Of a DNA stretch of 64,000 nucleotides, positions 28,430-37,490 are shown one piece after another. Position numbers and translations under genes: made by a program. The stretch comes from an uncultured Acidobacteriota bacterium. Its GTDB lineage: Bacteria > Acidobacteriota > Vicinamibacteria > Vicinamibacterales > 2-12-FULL-66-21. Below the pieces are notes generated by a model. It did no database searches. It was not told the DNA's origin and worked only from the letters and a program-made list of their open reading frames with translations. The DNA lies in the NCBI GenBank assembly GCA_963725145.1, contig CAVRXL010000010.1:986693-1050692 (forward strand), given 5' to 3'. Position 1 is the first letter of the stretch. Each line of letters begins with the position of its first letter.

Positions 28430-28455
28430 TCAGCACTCAGCATTCCACATTCAGC
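28393..28455. repeat. 7-nt-periodic degenerate repeat tract, inverted halves (TGAWTKC x5, then AYTCMRC x4)
   Basis: tcaatgc tgatttc tgaatgc tgattgc tgaatgc | actcagc actcagc attccac attcagc. The right half is an imperfect inverted copy of the left half. Confidence 0.8.
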
Positions 28456-28461
28456 ATTGGG

Positions 28462-29025
28462 CTATTCGTGATACTTCAGCTCCCGTCGTCGTCGCGCCCA
28501 CGTGCCGTCTCCTGCCGGCTCGAAGACGTGACAATGATCCATCTCGCCGCCGTACACATGCAGCGTGACGGATGGACCGTCCGGGCGAGCGTTCGACAGC
28601 GTGTGATATTCGAACGGCGGGATGAGACACCCGGCCGATCCGACGCCCGCCGTCACGCGCGTGCGCTCCTCGAAGCGGTACGAATCGCCGGCGCGTCCCA
28701 CCAGGTCGAACTGCGCCACCTCCATCCGGCCGTCGACGACGCACTCGACGCACCAGATGCCGGCGTGGTCGTGCAGCGCGGTTCCCTGACCCGGGCCCCA
28801 CGTCATGGCGACGACCGTGTAGTGGCCCTCCGGATCGCGATGGAACAGCCTGCGCGCGTACGTATCGGGGCGAGGCTCGCGGAAATGCTCGTCGAGCGGT
28901 AACGGACCGTCGCGGAGCATTGTCTGCAGCGCGGTCTTCACCTGCTGAGCAACCGCCGCGGTGTCGCCCGCGCGAACCGCCTCGTCGAGCCGCGCGCACA
29001 ACGTCTCGCGCCCCGTAACTCGCAT
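28462..29025 (-). CDS. cysteine dioxygenase type I-like cupin
   Basis: Track ORF of 187 aa. Cupin core with the 3-His site GTALHDHAG ... FEYHTLSN. The length and the WGPGQGT motif are typical of bacterial CDO homologues. Confidence 0.7.
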   Translation of the reverse strand: MRVTGRETLCARLDEAVRAGDTAAVAQQVKTALQTMLRDGPLPLDEHFREPRPDTYARRLFHRDPEGHYTVVAMTWGPGQGTALHDHAGIWCVECVVDGRMEVAQFDLVGRAGDSYRFEERTRVTAGVGSAGCLIPPFEYHTLSNARPDGPSVTLHVYGGEMDHCHVFEPAGDGTWARRRRELKYHE

Positions 29026-29028
29026 ACA

Positions 29029-29856
29029 ATGCGGATCATAGCATCACCCGCCGTGGTCCTCATCGTGATGGCCGCCGGCGCCGGCGCCGGGGGCCTCGGC
29101 GCGCTGCTCGGGATCGGCGGCGGGGCGTTTCTCGTTCCGTTCCTCAATCTTGTTGTCGGTCTGCCGTTTCTCTCGGCCGCGGGTATCAGCCTCATGACCG
29201 TACTCGGGACCTCCAACGCGGTGTCCATGCGGAGTTCCGGCCGCCAGCTGATCAATCTCCGTCTGGGCATGGTGCTGGAAGTTGCGACGGTCACCGGCGC
29301 CTTCGTTGGCAGCCTCACCGTCGGGATGCTCTCGGATCAACATCTGCAGCGGCTGTTCGCGATCGTGACCGCCGGGATCGCACTCCTCATGTTGACGCGC
29401 CTCGACCGCCGCAACGTGATCCTGGATCCGACCGTCGATCCGGGCGCGCTCGGTGGCCGCTACCATGAACAGGAGAGCGGCGGCGAAGTGGTCTACCGCG
29501 TCCGCCGGCTCCCGCTCGGTCTCGGCGTGTCGTTTGTCGCGGGCGTGCTGTCGATCCTCCTCGGCATCGGCGGAGGCATCCTGAAAGTGCCGGCGCTGAA
29601 CGCCTGGTGCGGCGTCCCGATCCGCGCGGCGGCGGCGACGAGCGCGTTCATGATCGGCGTGACGGCGCTCGCCGGCGCTCTCACGTACTACGTCCGAGGG
29701 GAGGTTCGGCCGGAGCTGGCGGCGGCCGCGGTCCTCGGCGTCCTGGCGGGATCGCGCGCCGGCTTCTGGATCGCCGACCGTACCCGCGCAAAAGGATTGA
29801 AAATGCTGATGGCGGTTGTCCTGGGCGGCATCGCCGCCATCTATTTCGTCAAATGA
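29029..29856 (+). CDS. TauE/SafE (DUF81, TSUP) family sulfite/organosulfonate exporter-type membrane protein
   Basis: Track ORF of 275 aa. Two repeated halves each carry LGIGGGxxxVP motifs (LLGIGGGAFLVPFL and LLGIGGGILKVPAL). Confidence 0.8.
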   Translation: MRIIASPAVVLIVMAAGAGAGGLGALLGIGGGAFLVPFLNLVVGLPFLSAAGISLMTVLGTSNAVSMRSSGRQLINLRLGMVLEVATVTGAFVGSLTVGMLSDQHLQRLFAIVTAGIALLMLTRLDRRNVILDPTVDPGALGGRYHEQESGGEVVYRVRRLPLGLGVSFVAGVLSILLGIGGGILKVPALNAWCGVPIRAAAATSAFMIGVTALAGALTYYVRGEVRPELAAAAVLGVLAGSRAGFWIADRTRAKGLKMLMAVVLGGIAAIYFVK

Positions 29857-30149
29857 AGCAACACGACGTGCTCGGCCGGCTGCTCACCGCAGGGATAGCG
29901 CTCAGCACCACGTGTCTCGTTGCCGGCCTCACCCTCTCGCTCGTCGATCGCGCACTCGGTCCGGAGCACGCCGGACTTCATCCTCTCATCGACGCTGGGC
30001 TGATTATTCTGATGGTGACGCCGCTCGTGCGCGTGCTGGTCTCGCTTGCCGAAGAGATCCGCGACCGGAACTGGTTCTTCGCCGGGATCACCCTCATGGT
30101 CGTCGCGGTGCTCGGCGCGACGCTCTGGACGGCGCTGCGTTACGTCTGA
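29853..30149 (+). CDS. DUF1634 small membrane protein (usual partner of DUF81 genes)
   Basis: The ATG at 29853 overlaps the TauE stop (ATGA). 98 aa, MKQHDVLGRLLTAGIALSTTCLVAGL..., three hydrophobic helices. It lies inside track ORF 29607..30149. Confidence 0.65.
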   Translation: MKQHDVLGRLLTAGIALSTTCLVAGLTLSLVDRALGPEHAGLHPLIDAGLIILMVTPLVRVLVSLAEEIRDRNWFFAGITLMVVAVLGATLWTALRYV

Positions 30150-30171
30150 ATACCTGGGATCATGATGCCGG

Positions 30172-31278
30172 ATGCCACCACCCGTTGATTGTGCGCGCTG
30201 GACGACGACGCTGACGGCGTCGTATCTGGCGATCACGGCCGCGTTGATTGCGACCCTCGGGAATACCGTTCCAGGCCGCGTCTGGCTGGTCGCGATGCAC
30301 CTGACGCTCTCCGGATCGTTGCTGCTCCTGAACCGCGCGAGGCCGTCGGCAGGGATCCTTCGCGTGATTCGGGACTGGCATCCATTGATGCTGTTTCCTC
30401 TCCTCTACAAGGAAGTGGAGCTGCTCGCGGCGGGCATTGGCGACTGGCGGTTGACCGCGGCGATTCCGGCCTGGGAGTCGGCGCTGTTCGCCGGGCACCC
30501 GAGCCTGTACCTGAGCGAACGGCTGGCGTTCGTGCCGCTGTCCGAGTACCTGCATTTCTGCTACCTGTCCTACGTGATCGTCATTCCATCGGTGACCGCG
30601 TACTGGTACGTCAGCGGACGGCGGGCGGCCTTCGGCGAGCTGCTGCTGATGCTCTCGACCGTGCTGCTGGGGAGCTACCTGTTCTTCATCCTGCTGCCGG
30701 TGGACAGCCCGTACTACCTGTCGCCGCGCCTGGGCCCGCCGTTCTCCGGCCACTTCTTCTTCGATCTCGTTCATCAGATGTCGGCGCGCGGCGGCGCGCG
30801 CGGCGGCGCGTTTCCCAGCGCGCACGTGTCGGGTGCGGTCGTCGTGAGCCTGGTCGCGTGGCGCCACCAGCGCCGGCTTGGTTACCTGCTCGTCCCATTC
30901 ACCGGGAGTCTGATGATCGCCACCGTGTACGGCCGCTTCCACTACGTCCTCGACACGCTCGCCGGCGGGGCCCTCGCGATCGCCGTCGTGGTGGGGTATC
31001 GATATCTTTCCGGCGACGGGCCCGGTGAGATCTATTCCGATCGCAGCGCCTGCAGCACGTCCACACGCGACGCACGGGAAGCTGGCAAAAGCGACGCGAG
31101 GATGGCCGCGATCACGAGAAGCGTCGCCGCTCCGGCGATCGGCAGCACGCCCGGCATCCGGACCACGCCGAAGAGCCCGCTCGCGAACCGCGTCAGCGCG
31201 ATTCCGCCGAGCGCACCGGCGACGATTCCCGCGGCGGCTATCACCGCGCCCTCGCCGAGGACGCGGGTCAGCAGGTGA
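30172..31278 (+). CDS. PAP2-superfamily membrane phosphatase / phosphotransferase-like protein
   Basis: Track ORF of 368 aa. PAP2 motifs SAHVSGA and GRFHYVLD. The last ~80 codons are antisense to the convergent permease gene, so the real C-terminus is doubtful. Confidence 0.65.
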   Translation: MPPPVDCARWTTTLTASYLAITAALIATLGNTVPGRVWLVAMHLTLSGSLLLLNRARPSAGILRVIRDWHPLMLFPLLYKEVELLAAGIGDWRLTAAIPAWESALFAGHPSLYLSERLAFVPLSEYLHFCYLSYVIVIPSVTAYWYVSGRRAAFGELLLMLSTVLLGSYLFFILLPVDSPYYLSPRLGPPFSGHFFFDLVHQMSARGGARGGAFPSAHVSGAVVVSLVAWRHQRRLGYLLVPFTGSLMIATVYGRFHYVLDTLAGGALAIAVVVGYRYLSGDGPGEIYSDRSACSTSTRDAREAGKSDARMAAITRSVAAPAIGSTPGIRTTPKSPLANRVSAIPPSAPATIPAAAITAPSPRTRVSR

Positions 31279-33476
31279 CGCGGCGCGGATCCGAGAGCGA
31301 GGCGGATGCCGAACTCGCGCGTGCGTGCGCTCACCGAAAACGCCAGCACGCCCGCGACACCCACGATCGCGATCGTCAGGGCCACGAGCGCGAAGCCGCC
31401 GAACACCATCGCGTTCAAGCGATCGGGCGCGAGCACCTCGGCACGGACGTCCTCCAGGGTGGCCATCCGTCCGAGGGGCTGCTCCGCCGAACTCTGACGA
31501 ATGATGCGCGTAATCGAAGGCACGAGCGTATACGGATCTTCCGTTCGCGTGTGCACGAACAGCCGCCCGGCGCCCCCCACCTGGGCCAGCGACTGGTAAA
31601 CCGTCATGGCAGGTCCCGGCAGGATGTTCTCGTCGTCGACGTCCGCGACCACCCCCACGATCCGCCGCGGCTCAGGGCTGAGGCCGCCGAACTTTATGGC
31701 GCTTTCATCGGTCCACATCAGCCGGCGGTTGACGGCGGCATCGACGCTCGCGAACATCCGCTGCGCAACGCTCTGGCTCACGATGACGACCTGGTCGCCA
31801 TCGAGCCGGTCGTGCTCATTGAAATCGCGGCCGGCAAGAATCGGCACGCCCATCGATGCAAAGAATCCCGGCGACACCGTCCGGGGGCGGCAGCGCGGAT
31901 CTTCCTCGCCGTCCACTCTGGCGTATCCTTCGACCGAGAACTGCAGGTAGAACCCTCCATCCCGCCAGGGCATCGACGATCCAGCCGACACGCGATCGAC
32001 GCCGGGCAGCTGCTCAATCTGCCGCATGATGTCCTGGTAGAACGCGAGTATCTGAGCTTCCGTCCGGCCGTAAGACATCACCGGCACCGACACGGCGAGC
32101 ACCTGCCGGATCTTGAAGCCGGTCGGAGCGCGCTGTAGCGCGATGAGCGTCGTCAACAGCATACCGGCCCCGGCGAGCAGCACGAACGACGCGGCAATCT
32201 GCGTGACGGCAAACAGCCGGAGGCGGCGGTTGGTGCCCGACGTGAGGCGCACGCTTCCGGTGGAGAGCCCCAGCCCGCCGGCGGCGTCGGGGAGACGCGG
32301 CACGAACGCGAGCAGCACCGCCGCCGACACGGCCAGGCCCACGCCGATCCACAGCAGGCTGGCGTCGACCGTCAGGTCGAGGGCGCGGACAGAAAAGCGG
32401 GACGCGTACTGGCTGAGCACGGGCACCATCCACAGCGCGACGATCACACCGAGCAGGGCGCCGCTGCCGCAGAGCAGCAGGCTTTCCGCGAGCAGCGTCC
32501 GGCGCAGCGCTCCGGGGCCGGCGCCGAGCGCTGCCCGTATGGCCAGCTCGCCTTCCCGCCGGACCGACCGGGCCAGGATCAGGTTGGCGACGTTGGAACA
32601 CGCGATGACGAAGATCAGCGCCGATGCGGCCAGCAGGACGAGCAGCACCGTTCGTGCCGGCGATGTGATTTGATCCCGCAGCAGCTTCGCGTCGATCCGA
32701 AGGTCCGACTTTGGCGGGTACGCTTCGGGGTGTTCCTTCTGGATCGCGCCGTAAACGGCGCGCAGCTCGGCGCGCGCCGCCTCGAGATCCGCTCCGGGCG
32801 CCAGGCGGCCGAACAGCTCGGTCATGCGATGCGTGCGGCCCGTCGTCATCGTTGCACCCAGGTGGTGCGGGCTCGTGACGACGTTCGCGATGATCTCGGT
32901 CTCGGTGGGATAGGGCACGGATGGCTCGAGGATGCCGATGACCGTCGCCACGCGCACGCCCAGACGCACCGTCCTGCCGATGACATTGGGGTCGCTGTTC
33001 AGCCCCGTGGTCCAGAAGCGATGCGTCAACACCACCACGCCCGCGGCATTCGGGCCATCGTCTGTCGCCTCGATGAGGCGGCCGCGCACGGGCCGCAGAC
33101 CCATCACCGTGAAGTACGAGCCGCCGACGACGCCCGCGCGCACGACACGAGGCTCGCCGAGGCCGACCATCGTGAAGCCGATGGTCGAGAAGTCGCCAAT
33201 CGCCGTCACGGTTTTCATTCGTGAGCGTAGATCGATGAGTTCGGGCACAGAGAAAGTGGCATTCTCGACGGGAATGCCCGGCGCGCTCTGGCGGATGTAG
33301 ATCAGCCGCGATTCGTCCCGATTGACGAGCGGCCGCAGGAGCACGCCCCGGACGACGCTGAACATCGCCGCGTTGGCGCCGATCCCGAGCGCAAGCGTCA
33401 CGATGACGGTCAGCGCCAGCCCCTTGGCGCGAGTCAGCGACCGGAACGCACATTTCAAGTCGGCGACGAAGTTCAT
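31032..33476 (-). CDS. ADOP-family duplicated FtsX/MacB-type ABC transporter permease
   Basis: Track ORF of 814 aa. The N-terminus MNFVADLKCAFRSLTRAKGLALTVIVTLALGIGANAAMFSVV is typical of the acidobacterial duplicated orphan permease family. Two FtsX-like halves. Confidence 0.85.
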   Translation of the reverse strand: MNFVADLKCAFRSLTRAKGLALTVIVTLALGIGANAAMFSVVRGVLLRPLVNRDESRLIYIRQSAPGIPVENATFSVPELIDLRSRMKTVTAIGDFSTIGFTMVGLGEPRVVRAGVVGGSYFTVMGLRPVRGRLIEATDDGPNAAGVVVLTHRFWTTGLNSDPNVIGRTVRLGVRVATVIGILEPSVPYPTETEIIANVVTSPHHLGATMTTGRTHRMTELFGRLAPGADLEAARAELRAVYGAIQKEHPEAYPPKSDLRIDAKLLRDQITSPARTVLLVLLAASALIFVIACSNVANLILARSVRREGELAIRAALGAGPGALRRTLLAESLLLCGSGALLGVIVALWMVPVLSQYASRFSVRALDLTVDASLLWIGVGLAVSAAVLLAFVPRLPDAAGGLGLSTGSVRLTSGTNRRLRLFAVTQIAASFVLLAGAGMLLTTLIALQRAPTGFKIRQVLAVSVPVMSYGRTEAQILAFYQDIMRQIEQLPGVDRVSAGSSMPWRDGGFYLQFSVEGYARVDGEEDPRCRPRTVSPGFFASMGVPILAGRDFNEHDRLDGDQVVIVSQSVAQRMFASVDAAVNRRLMWTDESAIKFGGLSPEPRRIVGVVADVDDENILPGPAMTVYQSLAQVGGAGRLFVHTRTEDPYTLVPSITRIIRQSSAEQPLGRMATLEDVRAEVLAPDRLNAMVFGGFALVALTIAIVGVAGVLAFSVSARTREFGIRLALGSAPRHLLTRVLGEGAVIAAAGIVAGALGGIALTRFASGLFGVVRMPGVLPIAGAATLLVIAAILASLLPASRASRVDVLQALRSE

Positions 33477-33634
33477 AGGGCTCCTGTGACACGGCGGTAT
33501 CGCACCTTACATGCCAGAGGGTGCTAAAGCACAACGGCTTAAGGAACAATGGATTACAGCTCGCCTCCCCCGGGGCGATCCGTCCGATCATGGAACGGGT
33601 ACGTCCGGAGGCGCGCAAACAGAAGGGAAGCTTG

Positions 33635-34690
33635 TCAGGTGGTCTGATCGCGAATGGGCATCGCTTCGGGGCTGCCCGGTATCCCCTCGCTTCCGACGCT
33701 CGCCGCGGTCTCCTTCAGCCGTTCGGTCGCGGCGTGCCGCATCCGGTCCAGCAGATCGGCGATTCGCTGCGCCTGGCGGATGATGGTGGCCAGATCGCGC
33801 TGAAGCGCGGGGTCCGGGTGCTCGCGCTCGAGCAGGTCGCAGTGTCCGATGATCGTCTGGAGCGCGCCGTTGATCTCGTTGGCGGTCGACAGCGTCAGCT
33901 CGGCCATCGCTTCCATCATGCGGTACCGTCCGAGCGACAGCTGGAGCTGCTGCGCGACGTACGCGACGGCGAGAATCTCGGCGATCGGCCAGAGCGTCTT
34001 CAAGTCCATCTCGGTGAATGCGTTCCGCGCGCGCGAGACGACATTGATCGTGCCGACCGCGCGCCCCTTCGAGATGAGCGGCAGCATGATGACCGATCCG
34101 AAGCCGGCGCTGTGGAGGACGTTGGCGTCCAGGTAGTCGGCCGCCACCAGCGAGATGTCGGGAATCGTCATCGGCTCGCGGCTTCGGACGACCGCGCCGA
34201 TGAGCGTGCGCCCGACGCCGAACTCCAGCTCGGGCCGCGGCCGGTTGCGCCGTTCCTCTTCGGTGACGCGTGCGGTGAAGGTCTGGAAGTGCTGGCCGTC
34301 GTCGCGAAGCAGCGCGAGCCCCATGCGATCGCATGGCACCATCCGCGCGATCCTGCGCGCGAGCGCCTGGAAGGCAAGCGTCACGTCGGGGGCGCGCGCG
34401 ATCACCTGCAGCACGTCGTTCTGCGCCTCGAGCTGCTCCATCTGGGTGAGCGTCACGCGGTGAGCGCTCTCGCGCCGCTCGAGGCTGGTCGCGAGGCCGC
34501 CGATCTGCCGCGAGGCGATCAGGCCCAGCCAGATGATGAGCGCCCAGACGGTCAGGAGCTGGATGAAGAGGCCGGAGGTGTGACCGAGGACCTCTCCGCC
34601 GACGAGCGCCGACACCCCGAACTGGATAACGGCCGCCGCCGCCACGCTCATCCAGATGGTCCGCGACGAGGTCTCGCGCCGGGGGGTCAT
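33635..34690 (-). CDS. membrane-anchored GAF domain protein with degenerate histidine-kinase DHp helix and no ATPase domain
   Basis: Track ORF of 351 aa. Two N-terminal TM helices, a GAF-like core, then STANEINGALQTIIGHCDLL where Asn sits at the expected phospho-His position. The ORF ends ~60 aa later, and only 158 nt remain before the next gene. Confidence 0.65.
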   Translation of the reverse strand: MTPRRETSSRTIWMSVAAAAVIQFGVSALVGGEVLGHTSGLFIQLLTVWALIIWLGLIASRQIGGLATSLERRESAHRVTLTQMEQLEAQNDVLQVIARAPDVTLAFQALARRIARMVPCDRMGLALLRDDGQHFQTFTARVTEEERRNRPRPELEFGVGRTLIGAVVRSREPMTIPDISLVAADYLDANVLHSAGFGSVIMLPLISKGRAVGTINVVSRARNAFTEMDLKTLWPIAEILAVAYVAQQLQLSLGRYRMMEAMAELTLSTANEINGALQTIIGHCDLLEREHPDPALQRDLATIIRQAQRIADLLDRMRHAATERLKETAASVGSEGIPGSPEAMPIRDQTT

Positions 34691-34730
34691 TGCGTTAGCG
34701 TCTCGGGCCCGCGCGTTGCGTATCCAGGGG

Positions 34731-37490
34731 TCACTCCGCCAGGGTGTAGGTCGAAGGCACGGGTCTCAACGGGCGATCGAACCAGAGCGGCCGGCGCAGC
34801 CCGCCCGGCCCTGGGGCCGGCCGGGTTCTGGCCATCCATTCTTTATAGATCTCGTGCGATCGCGCCGTGTCCACCATGATATCCCCGTAACTGTCTGACG
34901 GCCCGGCCTTTTCGAGTCGGACGCGCTGGTGCCAGCAGTGCATCCCGCTGACCGGATCGGGCTGCACCGGGAAGGTCAGGTTCTGATGCACGCCGACCTC
35001 GGTCCACCAGATCCGGCCGCTGTCGGCATCAGTGCTTTGAAACGGCTGCGCGCCGTGCACCTGATGCATCACGTACCGGCCGTTCTCGTCGCGCGCGATG
35101 CGGACGAGCGACGAGGCCGCGCGCGCGCCTCCCTGATCCTCGTGGAGCCGCCAACGTCCGAGGTGGTGCGACATCGCCAGGATGCCGGGCCGGATCCCTT
35201 CGGTCACCCAGGCCCGTGTCACGAAGTGGCCGATCTGCGTTGATACCTTCACGAGGTCACCGGTGGCGATCCCCAGCCGCCGGGCGTCCGCCGTCGAGAT
35301 CCACAGGGGATTGCTCTGCGAGATCTCGTAGAGCCACTTGACCGGCGATCGCGTGTGGATCAGCGTGGGGAGCCGGAAGTTGGGAAGCAGGTCGAACTCG
35401 CCCTCATCCCTCTTCAGCTCTCGCCAGTGAACGTGGCCCGGAACGTACCGAGGGAGCGTGTGCTCGGGCCAGCCCCAGTCGGCGAGCGTCCGCGAGTACA
35501 GCTCGAGCCGGCGGGTGGGCGTGGTGAACCCCGCGCGCGCAACTCCGTCGACGAGCGCGCCGACGACCGCCCCGTCCCGCGTCACGACCTGGCGCCCGTC
35601 GTCCGCGCGCGTGCCGGTGAGCTCGTCTCCCGCGAGCGCGCGCTCGTGCGCGCGGCTGTACGACTTGTCTTCGACCTGGAACACGCCGTACTTGCGCATG
35701 TACGCAAGCGGCGTGAGCCCCTCGCGCGCGGCCGCCTCGGGTAAACCCGGTACGGCGTTCTCGAAGATCCACCGGTAGTACTCGTCGACGGTCACCCGCT
35801 CGCCCGGCCGATACGGCGACTCGAAGAACCGTCGGATCCCGAGCGAGCCGTCCGGATCGATCGCCCAGCTCAGCGCGATCCAGAATTCGTTTTCCTCCCA
35901 GACCTCGCCCGGATTCGCCTCCCACGTCGCCGAGATTTGCTCACCGCGTTTCTCGCGCGCGACCCGCAGGACCGGCTGGCGGAAACCGATCCACTTCGCG
36001 GCGTGCGTCTCCTGGCTCATGACGTCATGCCGCTCGGTGCCGAGGCCCATCGGCAGGACGTAGTCGGCGAACCAGGCCGTCTCGCTCCAGATCGGCGTCA
36101 GCGCGACATGGCACCCGATCAGCGATTCGTCCTGCAGGACCTCCATCCACGTGAAACCGTCAGGGTTGGTCCAGAGCGGGTTGTAGACGCGCGTGAAGTA
36201 CGTGTCCAGCCGCCCGCGTCCTTCCTTGAGGAAGTGCGGCAGGAGGAAGCTCATCTCGAAGAACGCGAGAGGGAACTCGCGGGGGAACAGGAGCTCGTTC
36301 CAGTACCCCGGCGCCGGCGGCGGATTCGGGTGCTTTGGCACGAACTTGTTCGTGACGTGCAGGTTCACGCCGCCGACCGATCCCACCGAGCCGGTCAACA
36401 CGACGAGCAGATACAGACACCGCGTGATCTGCCAGCCCCAGAGGTTTCCAGCGGCGGCGGCGCGCCAGCTGTGCGTCGCGAAGCGGTCCCCCGCGCGCGC
36501 GATCGCTCGTGCCGCCTCGACGATCCGCGCCGCGGCGACGCCCGTCTCCCGCTCGGCGTACTCCGGCGTGAATTCCGCGTACTCCTGGCGAAGCGCGGCG
36601 ATGAAATTGTCGAAGGTCGGCTCGACGCCGGGATGCTCCGACGCGAGATACTCGCGCCAGTTGACCCAGTTCCGGACGAACTCGCGGTCGAAGAGGTTTT
36701 CGTCGAGCAGGATCCTGGCGATCGCAAGCAACAGCGCGCCTTCGGTGCCGGAGTACGCGGGCAGCCAGAGGTCAGCCTTCGCGGACGTGTTCGACAGCCG
36801 CGGGTCGATCACGATGAGCGTCGCGCCGCTCGTCTTGCCTTCCATGATGCGCTGCGCGTGCGGGTTGAAGTAGTGCCCCGACTCGAGGTGCGAGGAGAGC
36901 AGCAGGATCGTGCGGGCGTTGGCGTAATCGGGCGACGGGCGGTCCGCGCCGGTCCACAGGAAATGTCCGAGCCGCGCGGAGGAGGAACAGACGTTCGTGT
37001 GGCTGTTGTGGCCGTCCATCCCCCAGCACTGCAGGACGCGATTCGCGTAGCCGTCCTCACCGGGACGGCCGACGTGGTACATGACCTCCCGCCGGCGCCC
37101 TTCCTGAATCGCGCGCCGGATTCGGCCGCCGATGTCGGCCAGGGCTTCGTCCCAGGTCACGCGGCGCCAGGTACCCGATCCCCGCTTGCCTTCACGCTTC
37201 AACGGGTAGAGCACGCGGTCGGGATCTTCCAGCTGATTCGGCGTCACGACGCCTTTGGCGCAGGTGCGCCCCCGGCTGCCCGGATGAACCGGGTTGCCCT
37301 CGATCTTGCGAACCTCGAGCGTCTCCTTGTCGACGTAGCTGATGATTCCGCACGCCGACTCGCAGTTGAAGCAGATGCTCGGGATGATCCAGTAGCGGCG
37401 GCGCTCCTTCCGCGGCCAGGCCGTGGACTCGTAGTCGGTGTAGTCGTCCCATTCGGAGGGATCGGGATGCGAACGGAAGGGAGTGGTCAT
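34731..37490 (-). CDS. molybdopterin (bis-PGD) oxidoreductase catalytic subunit, no Tat signal
   Basis: The ATG at 37490 overlaps the upstream stop (ATGA). 919 aa beginning MTTPFRSHPDPSEWDDY. FS0 cluster motif CFNCESAC...RGRTCAKG. Mo-ligand region HTNVCSSSARLG. The first 274 aa of track ORF 34731..38312 are an off-frame extension. Confidence 0.85.
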   Translation of the reverse strand: MTTPFRSHPDPSEWDDYTDYESTAWPRKERRRYWIIPSICFNCESACGIISYVDKETLEVRKIEGNPVHPGSRGRTCAKGVVTPNQLEDPDRVLYPLKREGKRGSGTWRRVTWDEALADIGGRIRRAIQEGRRREVMYHVGRPGEDGYANRVLQCWGMDGHNSHTNVCSSSARLGHFLWTGADRPSPDYANARTILLLSSHLESGHYFNPHAQRIMEGKTSGATLIVIDPRLSNTSAKADLWLPAYSGTEGALLLAIARILLDENLFDREFVRNWVNWREYLASEHPGVEPTFDNFIAALRQEYAEFTPEYAERETGVAAARIVEAARAIARAGDRFATHSWRAAAAGNLWGWQITRCLYLLVVLTGSVGSVGGVNLHVTNKFVPKHPNPPPAPGYWNELLFPREFPLAFFEMSFLLPHFLKEGRGRLDTYFTRVYNPLWTNPDGFTWMEVLQDESLIGCHVALTPIWSETAWFADYVLPMGLGTERHDVMSQETHAAKWIGFRQPVLRVAREKRGEQISATWEANPGEVWEENEFWIALSWAIDPDGSLGIRRFFESPYRPGERVTVDEYYRWIFENAVPGLPEAAAREGLTPLAYMRKYGVFQVEDKSYSRAHERALAGDELTGTRADDGRQVVTRDGAVVGALVDGVARAGFTTPTRRLELYSRTLADWGWPEHTLPRYVPGHVHWRELKRDEGEFDLLPNFRLPTLIHTRSPVKWLYEISQSNPLWISTADARRLGIATGDLVKVSTQIGHFVTRAWVTEGIRPGILAMSHHLGRWRLHEDQGGARAASSLVRIARDENGRYVMHQVHGAQPFQSTDADSGRIWWTEVGVHQNLTFPVQPDPVSGMHCWHQRVRLEKAGPSDSYGDIMVDTARSHEIYKEWMARTRPAPGPGGLRRPLWFDRPLRPVPSTYTLAE

